64,000 nucleotides of DNA from a virus (Duplodnaviria; Caudoviricetes): positions 1,135 to 65,134 of IMG/VR virus record IMGVR_UViG_3300032177_000010; one strand, 5' to 3'. The notes below the pieces were generated by a model. It had not been told where the DNA came from. It worked only from the letters and a program-made list of their open reading frames with translations, and made no database searches. Positions 30,059 through 39,900 of the stretch are shown here, piece after piece (within the stretch, counting starts at the first letter, position 1; each line of letters opens with the position of its first letter). Made by a program: the position numbers and the translations under genes.

Positions 30059-30529
30059 TTACCAATCAAATACATCCATTAATAATCTTATCGCTCTAAA
30101 TATGCGATATGTAAAAATTGTTAGAACTAATAGTGTTAAGGAGAAGATGACTCCTAATATTATTAGGGACTCTATTAATTGGTTATTAACTTCAATAAGA
30201 GCAGCATTCTCATTAATTAATTCTGTATTATTAATTATTAATTCTTTTATAGCTAAATCTAGTTCTTCATCTGTAGGTATAGATGGCTCTGGTGTGGGTA
30301 CGGCTGTTGGTATAGCAGTAGGTATTACCGTTGGTATAACCGTAGGCTCTGGCGTCACTATAACTGTCGGCTCAGGAGTAACCGGAGCAGGAGTTACAAT
30401 AGGTTCAGGAGTAAAGTACGGTGTTTCTACTGGTGGCCCGCCTACATCAGCAAGCACGTTACTAAGAAAGAAGAATCCTACTAGGATACCTATTACAAAG
30501 AATATTGCTAATCTGGTTGACTTTTTCAT
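30059..30529 (-). CDS. Membrane-anchored Pro/Thr-repeat surface protein
   Basis: Signal/TM segment, TPEP/PTVI repeats, coiled coil, C-terminal TM. Confidence 0.7.
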   Translation of the reverse strand: MKKSTRLAIFFVIGILVGFFFLSNVLADVGGPPVETPYFTPEPIVTPAPVTPEPTVIVTPEPTVIPTVIPTAIPTAVPTPEPSIPTDEELDLAIKELIINNTELINENAALIEVNNQLIESLIILGVIFSLTLLVLTIFTYRIFRAIRLLMDVFDW

Positions 30530-30553
30530 ATGGTCCCCCTACATCGTTATTTT

Positions 30554-30630
30554 TGGTCCCCCCGGTCAGATTTGAACTGACACGTTATCGGGTTTGAGCC
30601 GATAGCCTCTACCAATTGGGCTACGGAGGG
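30554..30630 (-). tRNA. tRNA-Leu (CAA), short variable loop
   Basis: Loop CT-CAA-AC, short variable loop, CCA. Confidence 0.88.
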
Positions 30631-30637
30631 GTTGACA

Positions 30638-31306
30638 TTATTCAGAAAGAACTGCCGACCACCTAAGGTTGGGTAGTATAGGACAGTAAATTTCGTACTC
30701 TAGAGACTTCCTTTTAACTATATACGGATTACCTAGAACTAAATTCTTCCTATTAAATTTATAATCATATGTATTAGTTGGATTAGCATTACCCCAATTC
30801 TCAAATAATACCTTGACTGGTTGGCCCTCAAGTATTTCAGCAACTTTATTATACATTCTAGGCAGGGTTATTAATTCATGATAGATAGCATCTATCTTAT
30901 TGAGACAAACTGGAAGAGTAATCTGGTTTAATACTTCTCTTCTATATTTACCAAGATAGCAATGCCATCCCGGTCCAAATGAAACGCTCTTACCATAACT
31001 ATTAAACATACTATCAAAGATAGTAATGTCTTTAATCTCTAGTGTATCTTGAATTAGAATCCACTCATCAAAATCAGTTAAAGCCATCATGGCTTCCAAG
31101 CCCCCGACTTCCCATCGGTTTCCCTGTACTGGAAGCGTAAAATAATTATTTACCAACCACTTGAGAGTATCCACATCCTCAGATGCTTCTACTTCATTTA
31201 TAATAACTACTACTTGTTTACTATAATCTTTAAGAGATGTTTCTAGTAACTCTTTAGCTAGATGTATTGTTCCTGCCCAAGTTACTAGGGCTATTGCTTG
31301 TTTCAT
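30638..31306 (-). CDS. Putative GT-A-like glycosyltransferase, paralog 2
   Basis: Start MKQAIA (GGAG RBS); IALVTWAG / WEVGGL / DEWILIQDTLEI / YLGKY. Confidence 0.55.
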   Translation of the reverse strand: MKQAIALVTWAGTIHLAKELLETSLKDYSKQVVVIINEVEASEDVDTLKWLVNNYFTLPVQGNRWEVGGLEAMMALTDFDEWILIQDTLEIKDITIFDSMFNSYGKSVSFGPGWHCYLGKYRREVLNQITLPVCLNKIDAIYHELITLPRMYNKVAEILEGQPVKVLFENWGNANPTNTYDYKFNRKNLVLGNPYIVKRKSLEYEIYCPILPNLRWSAVLSE

Positions 31307-31323
31307 ATTAACTCCAAAAGATT

Positions 31324-31407
31324 TGGTAGCGGTGGAGAGATTCGAACTCTCATGCCCGAAGGCAGTTGATTTTAAGTCAACCGTGTATGCCATTCCACCA
31401 CGCCGCC
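31324..31407 (-). tRNA. tRNA-Leu (TAA)
   Basis: Loop CT-TAA-AA, long variable arm GCC-TTCG-GGC, CCA. Confidence 0.92.
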
Positions 31408-31410
31408 ATT

Positions 31411-31449
31411 GTGTGGGAAGCAGGAAGTACCACTAGCTGCCTCCCACAC
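31411..31449 (-). ncRNA. 13-bp hairpin at the likely 5' end of the tRNA-cluster transcript; loop carries the Y-like RNA motifs
   Basis: GUGUGGGAGGCAG-CUAGUGGUACUUC-CUGCUUCCCACAC; fully paired only on minus strand (G-U). Confidence 0.55.
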
Positions 31450-31453
31450 ACAT

Positions 31454-31483
31454 ACTATAACATATTCATATAGGGAAGTTCAA
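31454..31483 (-). promoter_or_regulatory. Sigma70-like promoter for tRNA cluster
   Basis: TTGAAC-N18-TATAGT with extended TG. Confidence 0.55.
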
Positions 31484-31494
31484 CTCTCCTTTAA

Positions 31495-31788
31495 TTAATA
31501 TACTCTATCTATAACTTCAAAGCCTTTGGTCTGTGCAATTTCTCGCCCCGAACCATCGGCTCCCCAAGCCTCGTACTCATACCATCCGATTATAGGGGGT
31601 CGATATATATAGTATTGATATCCAGAAGCAGTAATCAAATCTGCCCCCGAATATGTTACGATATTTCCTACCGGGTCTTTTATACTTAATCTAGATTGAT
31701 ATGGATTCATTGGCAAATTATTCTGATCATAAAATTCTAAGCGTAACTCAGGAGTTCCGCCTAGGACGTAAACGTTCGGATTTGTCAT
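31495..31788 (-). CDS. Small Ig-like protein, possible fibre adaptor
   Basis: 97 aa all-beta pattern ('KDPVG', 'GWYEYE') immediately after the fibre genes. Confidence 0.5.
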   Translation of the reverse strand: MTNPNVYVLGGTPELRLEFYDQNNLPMNPYQSRLSIKDPVGNIVTYSGADLITASGYQYYIYRPPIIGWYEYEAWGADGSGREIAQTKGFEVIDRVY

Positions 31789-31799
31789 ATACTCACCCC

Positions 31800-34700
31800 C
31801 TAATAATTTCGGTCGCTAAGTACGAGTAACAGACCTCGATCTGAAACTCTTAAATTAAATTCTATTATATCATCTGTTATATCTGGCTCTATTAATGTGT
31901 CATCAATTATTTCTTCTATTGAATCTCTATCGCTTAGTACCAGCCCTAGAGAGTGATCGCTTATTATTAATGTCTTTAGGGTATGTAGGAAGATTGTAAA
32001 TACTTGAGCCTGTCCATATCCAGCAGACTTTAGGATTAATGCTTCTGCCTGTGCCTGACTACTATAAGTAGCTAGGATAATTGTAGTAGCTTGTGCATAA
32101 ACTTGATTACCAGCAGTTGTAATTAATACTTCTGCTTGCGCGAATTGCTGTAGACCCGAAAGAATAATATTTGCTTCGGCCTGTGCATATACACTAACCG
32201 TTGTCTTGATCCAACCTTGGGCAGTAGCGTACTGTTGATTTACATATAGTCCTAGAATTTGTGCTTGTGATTGAGCATAACTATTATAAGTTTGCTTTAT
32301 TAATACAAGTGCGTTTGCAAATCCTTGACCAACTATGTAGATTTGTGCAATCGATTGTGCAGATACTAGATAACTGTGTAATATCTGTGCAAGAGACTGT
32401 GCATATACCTGATAAGTTGTCTTGATAGATGTTTGTGCTTGTGCTACTGGTAAATATACTTGCTTTACTTGGGCCTGTGCTTGACCGTAAACTCTGGTAC
32501 TTACCTTAATAAGTGCTTGTGCTTGTCCTATTTGAGTGCTTGTAATCTTAATCTGCGCCCAAACCTGAGCATAAGATTGTACGTTATAAGCAAGAATTCT
32601 TGTTTGTGCTTGCGCTAATTGTAAGGCTGATCCTGCCATCCATACAGTAGCCTGAGCATACTGTTTAATAGCGTAAACATTTAATTTAACTTGCGCTTGA
32701 GCCGAGACTATATATACTTGCTTAATAGAAGTCGTTGCGTGTGCAGTAACGGTACTAGTTTGTAGGGTTGCTGTCATTGCAAGACCGTAAACTTGGTTAG
32801 TAGTTCTAATTATTGTTTGTGCTTGAGCAGATACGGCACTTATTGACTTGATACCTGTCTTAGCCTGAGCAACCGCTTGATACGAAGTAAGAATGCGTGT
32901 TATTGCCTGTGCATGTACAACTTGTGTAGTCTTAACTATAACTGCCGCTTGCCCATAAGTCTGAATGCCAAAGGCGTTGATCTTTGCTTGGGCCTGTGCG
33001 AATACAACAGAGCTACCAGCTATCCAAGTAGCGGCTTGAGCATACTGATTACTTACAGCTTTGATCTGTGTCTGTGCTTGAGCGTATACTTTTATACCAG
33101 ATATAATATAAGCACTTGCTTGAGCGTATACCTGTAATCCAGATAGTATAATATATGCATTTCCTTGCGCCCATACAAGGTAGGTAGTTTTAATGTTCGC
33201 CTGTGCCTGAGCAGCAACTACATAGGATTGCTCGATAGTTGCTTGAACCTGTGCTACTGATAGGTAGCTTTGCTTTACTTGCGACTGAGCGGTAGCATAT
33301 ACTCGATATGTCTGCTTAATCTGTGCTTGCCCTTGGGCATATGCGTTAACCTTGAATGCATAAATTCTAGTCTGTGCCTGAGCAAATACTACGAATGACC
33401 CGGCTATCCAAACTGAAGCCTGTCCATAGACCCGTACACCAAATGCAATAAATCTTGCTTGTGCCTGAGCATATACTTGATAGGTCTGCCTAATCTGTAC
33501 CTGAGCCTGTGAAACTGCTTGATAAGAATTAAGAATACGCGTTATTGACTGTGCGTGTACTAAGTATGTAGTCTTAATTATAGCTGCGGCTTGTCCATAT
33601 TGCCGTGTACCAAAGGCATTGATCTTCGCTTGTGCTTGTCCTGAAGGTACAAATGATCCTTCGATCCATACACTTGCCTGAGCATACTGCTGAGTACCGA
33701 AAGCATTAATCTTTGCTTGTGTCTGTCCATATACCAGATACGTTTGCTTGATTTGTGCTTGTGACTGAGCATAGGAATTAATACCGACTATCTTGATATA
33801 GGCGTTGGCTTGAGCATATGCATTATAAGTGGTCTTAATAGCGGCTAACGCTTGTCCGTATACTTTTAATGCAGAGAGTATTATCTTAGTATTAGCCTGA
33901 GCGTATGCTTGATATGTTTGCTTTATCTGTGATTGTGCTTGTGCGAATATTTGTTGCCCCGAAAGTATAATCTTTCCTTGTGCCTGAGCATAGCCCTGCT
34001 CTGTTCGTCTGATCTGTGCTTGTGCTTGTCCATACTGTCTTACTGTCTGTATTGGTACAAAGATAAATGCTTGTGCTTGAGCATATTGTCTAACTTTCTT
34101 TGATCCAGAACCAGAAGGTACTTGGAACTCTACCCAAGATACTAATGCTTTACCATTCTGTGCTTCAAACTCTATAGCAAGTGCAGAATAATCTGTAATC
34201 GCAGCAATTTGAAGTGAAGTTAATTCATATATATAGGTCTGGAAGGAAGTAGATATATCAGGATTATATTCGAAAATAAGAGTAGTATCTTGGTATAGGT
34301 GAATTGTAAAGGCACCATTATCACTACCGGCTGTTCGTGCAGCCCTGAATCGTAAGATATGGTCTATAGGCCAATCGGGTGCGATAAGACTACTTAATTG
34401 AACCCTTGCCATACTTGATCCAGCAACTACTAGCGGTGAAACTATATAATCGTTATCATCTGCTACTACTTCATCTATATAACTATATAGGTTATCTATT
34501 CTTCCTACTTGCCCCAAAGCCTGTGCGTATCCAGCTTTTAATAGGCTTTCAATATATACCTGAGCCTGTGCATATTGGCTACTAGAAGTCTTTATAGTTG
34601 CTTGTGCTTGCGCGAAAGTTGGTCCTTGTACGGCTGTACCAGAAATTGCTAAGAAGTCATCTACTTCACCATCGTTACCAAGAGTTCTAAATATAATTCC

Positions 34701-36989
34701 TACTGGGGTAGGTACTGCACTTTGATTCTCTGCACGATTATCACTAGTATCGATATCCCAAGTATCCGGCTCTAATCCTGATGTTTCCCAAGCCTTAACC
34801 TTTATGTAGGTTGGACTAGATCCTTGTACATTAACTCTTAGCCTTATTTCAGTATCGAGAGTCCAAATACCTGATTTATCTATATTACCTGTACCTACAT
34901 CCATGTGAGAAGCAGAAGTATTACTATACCATAAACTTATCTTCTGCCTTGGTGTTCCAAAGTCATCGTGATTTCTAGCCACTGCTGCATAATAGATAGC
35001 TGGATTACTTCCAAGTATCCTAAGTATAACTCCTGAGCGCTCTGATCCGGCTTTTATAGTAAGATATATATCCCCATCCGAAAAGTTGGTAGAAGGAAGA
35101 TAGTAATATGCATTATCTTGGTTAATAGTTTTAACTGTGTCTGTAGATCGATCTATATTAACGGAATATTCATCATGATGTATAGACCACGTTCCGCCAA
35201 TCTCTGCTGTATGTGTATTTAGATTAACAAGTCCTGTACCAGATTCAGTAAAGGAATCCTGTGCAACTACTGTTGCCCCGCCACCAAATGGATAGGTTTG
35301 TTTTATCCAAACAGAGGCTTGAGCATATGCTAGAGGATAGATTTCAATCCAAGTCTGTACCTGTGCAGTAACCATACTAATTTGTAGGGTTGCTGTCATC
35401 GCTTGACCATAAGATAGGTACGTAGCATTGATATGCGCCTGAGATTGGGCATAAGAAGTTATACCAGTTACTTTAATCCAAGCATTACCTTGTGCATAGA
35501 CTTGTTCTGTTCTCTTTATATGGGTATTACCTTGCGCCCATGCTTGATAGGCTTGCTTAATTGTTGTTTGAGTTTGACCATAAATTAATTCTGTGTGTTT
35601 AATCCAAGACTGTGCTTGAGCATAATCTTGTTCTGTTCTTACGATGGCTGCTTGACCCTGAGCATAGACACTATAGGTTGTAACAGGTGGTGCTATTTCT
35701 ACCTGTGCTTGTCCAAACTCTCTTTCTGTAGTTTTAATACCTACTTCCGCTTGCGCCCAAACTTGGTTATCAGTATGCTTAATATGGGTTTGTGCCTGAG
35801 CAAAAACTTTATCAAAACTATGGCTTACTACAGAGAAAGCAACTAATCCATTATCTTCTACTCTACCTGTTGTTCCTGCTACTTGTCTCCAATCCCAGTT
35901 AATAGCCCTTGCTGCGCCCGAGTCTAATTGGTGCAACTTGAATATTGAGAACGCTGTCTCATCTGTTATATCCCATTGATCTATACTTGGGGCGGTAGAA
36001 GCAAAGGCAGGATCGCTTACTAGTCCCCCACCATCAGGATTAACTTGAAGTCTAGCTTCCCAGTCTGTTGTTATTTCGTTAACATCTTGGTTAGAGAATG
36101 CAAGATAAACCCAATCACCAGTAACGGCAGGAGTTGGGGAAACAGTTGCAACATTTGTATAGGTTGGTGTAGTTGCCGGATCGATTTCACCAGCAGCGAA
36201 TACATAAGAAACTTGGGTAAATAGTTTAGTAAGATTAAGTGCCAACGTTCTAGCAGAGAACATAGTAGCGTCAGCAGTCGTTGCCTGTGCTGGACGTACA
36301 GCAATTGTTCTAGCTGCGTTTGTAGGTACGCCTACCCAATACTGGTTAGCACCTAATTGATCGGCAGTATCCTCGCCCTCTTGTGAAGTTCTATTTAATA
36401 CTCCTGCTACTGAGTCGTATAGTTCAAAGCTGATCTGAGTTGTAAGCGTTGTATTAACACCATGAATCAAGTTGGAAGCGTATAGCCAAACGTCTGTGCC
36501 ATTTGGAGTGAACGATGCAGAGGTTGCTTTAGCAGTTGGTGTTGTTGTGTAGGTATAATCAACGGTATCTTGAGTCCAGATATAATCTGTGCCACTAGTC
36601 CAATCGGTTATATCAATTGCAATAATCTGAGATAATCTGTTGGTAATCGTTGACCCAGTAGTATTACTACTGATCTGAATCTTAACTAGGTCAGGAGTAG
36701 CCGGTTGAGCATAGGTATACATCCACGATACTTCGTGTTCCTGTGTAGTCAGCGTACCTTCATACTGTAATGTAGCGTCGGTAAATGCTGTAGGAGTTGT
36801 ACCGTAAACTAACCTTGCCCGTGTATAGTTAGTAGAGTTATCGTGAATAGATACTTGATTAGCAAGAATAAGATAGGTTCTGCCCCCGGTGAAACTTCCG
36901 GCAGCAATAGTTGCAAGGTCTACCCATGCTGTAGTAGCAGCAGTTGTTCCAGCAACGGTTTCATTGTATAGGACTTGTATATCAGCCAT
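31800..36989 (-). CDS. Giant fibre-like virion protein with 14-15 aa YAQAQ repeats and inserted globular domains
   Basis: ORF 31800..37013; likely start MADIQV at 36989 (TAATG overlap with upstream stop). Confidence 0.75.
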   Translation of the reverse strand: MADIQVLYNETVAGTTAATTAWVDLATIAAGSFTGGRTYLILANQVSIHDNSTNYTRARLVYGTTPTAFTDATLQYEGTLTTQEHEVSWMYTYAQPATPDLVKIQISSNTTGSTITNRLSQIIAIDITDWTSGTDYIWTQDTVDYTYTTTPTAKATSASFTPNGTDVWLYASNLIHGVNTTLTTQISFELYDSVAGVLNRTSQEGEDTADQLGANQYWVGVPTNAARTIAVRPAQATTADATMFSARTLALNLTKLFTQVSYVFAAGEIDPATTPTYTNVATVSPTPAVTGDWVYLAFSNQDVNEITTDWEARLQVNPDGGGLVSDPAFASTAPSIDQWDITDETAFSIFKLHQLDSGAARAINWDWRQVAGTTGRVEDNGLVAFSVVSHSFDKVFAQAQTHIKHTDNQVWAQAEVGIKTTEREFGQAQVEIAPPVTTYSVYAQGQAAIVRTEQDYAQAQSWIKHTELIYGQTQTTIKQAYQAWAQGNTHIKRTEQVYAQGNAWIKVTGITSYAQSQAHINATYLSYGQAMTATLQISMVTAQVQTWIEIYPLAYAQASVWIKQTYPFGGGATVVAQDSFTESGTGLVNLNTHTAEIGGTWSIHHDEYSVNIDRSTDTVKTINQDNAYYYLPSTNFSDGDIYLTIKAGSERSGVILRILGSNPAIYYAAVARNHDDFGTPRQKISLWYSNTSASHMDVGTGNIDKSGIWTLDTEIRLRVNVQGSSPTYIKVKAWETSGLEPDTWDIDTSDNRAENQSAVPTPVGIIFRTLGNDGEVDDFLAISGTAVQGPTFAQAQATIKTSSSQYAQAQVYIESLLKAGYAQALGQVGRIDNLYSYIDEVVADDNDYIVSPLVVAGSSMARVQLSSLIAPDWPIDHILRFRAARTAGSDNGAFTIHLYQDTTLIFEYNPDISTSFQTYIYELTSLQIAAITDYSALAIEFEAQNGKALVSWVEFQVPSGSGSKKVRQYAQAQAFIFVPIQTVRQYGQAQAQIRRTEQGYAQAQGKIILSGQQIFAQAQSQIKQTYQAYAQANTKIILSALKVYGQALAAIKTTYNAYAQANAYIKIVGINSYAQSQAQIKQTYLVYGQTQAKINAFGTQQYAQASVWIEGSFVPSGQAQAKINAFGTRQYGQAAAIIKTTYLVHAQSITRILNSYQAVSQAQVQIRQTYQVYAQAQARFIAFGVRVYGQASVWIAGSFVVFAQAQTRIYAFKVNAYAQGQAQIKQTYRVYATAQSQVKQSYLSVAQVQATIEQSYVVAAQAQANIKTTYLVWAQGNAYIILSGLQVYAQASAYIISGIKVYAQAQTQIKAVSNQYAQAATWIAGSSVVFAQAQAKINAFGIQTYGQAAVIVKTTQVVHAQAITRILTSYQAVAQAKTGIKSISAVSAQAQTIIRTTNQVYGLAMTATLQTSTVTAHATTSIKQVYIVSAQAQVKLNVYAIKQYAQATVWMAGSALQLAQAQTRILAYNVQSYAQVWAQIKITSTQIGQAQALIKVSTRVYGQAQAQVKQVYLPVAQAQTSIKTTYQVYAQSLAQILHSYLVSAQSIAQIYIVGQGFANALVLIKQTYNSYAQSQAQILGLYVNQQYATAQGWIKTTVSVYAQAEANIILSGLQQFAQAEVLITTAGNQVYAQATTIILATYSSQAQAEALILKSAGYGQAQVFTIFLHTLKTLIISDHSLGLVLSDRDSIEEIIDDTLIEPDITDDIIEFNLRVSDRGLLLVLSDRNY

Positions 36990-39900
36990 TAGTCTCTCAC
37001 CGTCCCGACCCAATTACCATCGTTGCTTATATCTGCTATTGGTCTAGCTATTTGTGGTATATAAATCCATACTTCTGCTTGTGAGTAACCTTGACCTATA
37101 GCTCTTATTGTTGCGCCCGCTTGTGCGTATGCTTCTATATCCCTGACAGCAATGTAAGATTGCGCCTGAGCATAGCCACGATATGACGCTAGGATTACTC
37201 CCTGCGCTTGTGCATAAACTAAGTAAGTAGTTTTAATCTGTGTTTGTGCTTGCGCGAATGTTACATTACCAGTAACTTTGACATAAGTATTTGCTTGTGC
37301 AAATACTTGATAGGTTGCTTTGATCTGCGTCTGTGTTTGGGCATAAACAGACAAACCGATCATAATAATACGAGCGTTTGCTTGGGCATAAACTACATAA
37401 GAAGTCTTAACCTGAGTCTGCGCTTGTCCGTATACCTGTAAAGCCGAAAGTATTATCTTGGATTGTGCTTGCGCATAAGCCTGATAAGTAGTTTTAATTT
37501 GTGCTTGAGATTGTCCGTATACCTGATAGGCAGACTTAATCTGCGCTTGGCTTTGGGCGCAAGAAAGATACGTTGACTTAATTTGCGTTTGGGCCTGTGC
37601 AAACGTTGCATATGATGCCTTAACCCAAACCTGTGATTGTCCATACGCTTTAACAGCAAACGCATTTAATTTCGCTTGTGATTGAGCAAATTGTGTAAAT
37701 GCTCCTTCCAGCCATACCATTGCTTGCGCATAGGTTTGAATATTAAATGCGTTTAGTTTAGCTTGTGCCTGACCGTATACTTGGTAAGTAGTTTTAATTC
37801 TAACTTGTGCTTGGCCGTATACTTGCAATCCTGATAAGCGTATATAAGCATTTGCTTGCGCCCAGCCTGTATAAGTTTGCTTGATCTGCGCTTGAGACTG
37901 AGCATATACTTGTAATCCAGTAGTCTTAATGTAGGTATTCGCTTGAGCATTGACTAGATAAGTAGTTTTGATTTGCGCCAAGGATTGAGCGTAAACCCTA
38001 TAGATTTGCTTTATCTGAGTCTGTGCTTGCCCATAAGATTGATAAGAAGTTTTAATCCATACTTGAGCCTGTGCATATTGTGAGAATGAGCCTTCTAACC
38101 AAACAGATGCTTGAGCATATTGTTGTATATTAAACGCATTAATCTTTGCTTGCGCTTGACCATATATTTGATAAGTCTGTATAATTTTACTTTGTGCCTG
38201 AGCGTATACAAGGGTAGTTACCTTGATAGTTACCTGAGATTGAGCATAACTTCGATATACTTGCTTAACCTGAGATTGTGCTTGAGCATAGCCATTAATA
38301 CCTACTATCTTAATATAGGAATTAGCTTGTCCATATATTCTATAGGTGGTCTTAATGTCTGCTTGCGCTTGTCCATATGCTTGAAGGTTAGATAGAACTA
38401 TCTTGGCGCTCGCTTGCGCCCAAACTTGGTAAGATTGCTCTACCCATGTTTGCGCTTGCCCATAGCCTTGATAAATAGATTTAATTCTTGCTAGTGCCTG
38501 AGCGTAGACTATAATACCAGAAAGGATTATCTTGACATTAGTTTGCCCGTATGCCTGATACGTCTGTTTAATATTTGCTAGCGCCTGTGCATAGCCCCTA
38601 TATGTTTGCTCGATCCAAGTAGCTACCTGTGCGTAGCCTTGATATGATTGTTCGACCCAAGTTTGTGCTTGAGCATATACTTGATATACAGCCTTAACTC
38701 GTCCTTGGGCTTGAGCATAAGCAAGAAGTCCTGATAGAATAATCTTCGATTGTGCCTGTGCATATACCTGATATGCAGTCTTTATTTGAACTTGTGCCTG
38801 TCCATATACCCGTAGATTTGATAGTATTATCTTAGCAGTTGCTTGGGCATAAGCTAGATAAATCTGCTCTATCTGTGCTTGGCTCTGCGCATAGACTCTA
38901 TATGTAGTCTTGATCTGGCCCTGCGTTTGGGCATAAGAAAGCGTTGTTGCTTTAACCTGAGTTTGGGCTTGCGCGTATACTCTTACAGTTACTATGATAG
39001 GTATAGATACTTGTGTCTGAGCCTGAGCGAATGTTGGACCTTGGACTCCACTACCAATTTCGGTAACTAGATAATCGTCAGCACTATAGTCTGCCGATGT
39101 GTCTAGACGACCCCAAATACCAAAGGCTCCTGCCGCTATCTGATTTCCTGCTGTGTTATCTGTAGTATTGATAGCCCATGTTTCCGGCTCCGCGCCAGAT
39201 TGATCCCAATACCTAACCTTAAGAGAGGTCGAACTAACCCCGCTAACAGATATGCGAACTCGTGTATCTGTTCCAGCAAGGGGATCAATATTATAAGACG
39301 CGAGAACAGTAAGTACCCCAGCCGTCCTTCGATATAAAGTGGAGTCCACTTCGGCGCGGTAGCCAAAATCTAAACAATAAAAGTTATTTCCGCCTGTACC
39401 TCTAAGCCAAAGACCACCGTACCCGTTAGCAGTTATGTCCCATGTCAAGAGATGATCGGTATCTCCGTCCGTCCCCGTACCTACCCTGTAGTAAGAGCGT
39501 CCAGCACCGGAAGCACTATTTCTTAGATGACCACTCAGACTTCTAAGAACTGTTCCCGATGAATCGTTATAATAGACAGAATAATTACCACCAATATCTG
39601 CCGGATTACCATTAAGATTGGCGTAGTCGGGCGAGAAATCGTCCTGTGCTAAGATTGCGCCCCCGCCCCCAAACGGATAAGTTTGCTTTATTTGTGCTAG
39701 GGATTGTCCATAGGCTGTTATACCAATTGCCTTTATGTAGGCATTACTCTGCGCCCAAACTTGATTTGTTAGTCTAATATGAGCCAAAGATTGTGCATAA
39801 GATTGTTTAGTAGTAATAATCTTAGCCTGCGCTTGGGCATAACTTCGATACGTTGTCTTTATCTGGCTTTGTGCTTGTGCCGAAGGGGTACTATACCATT

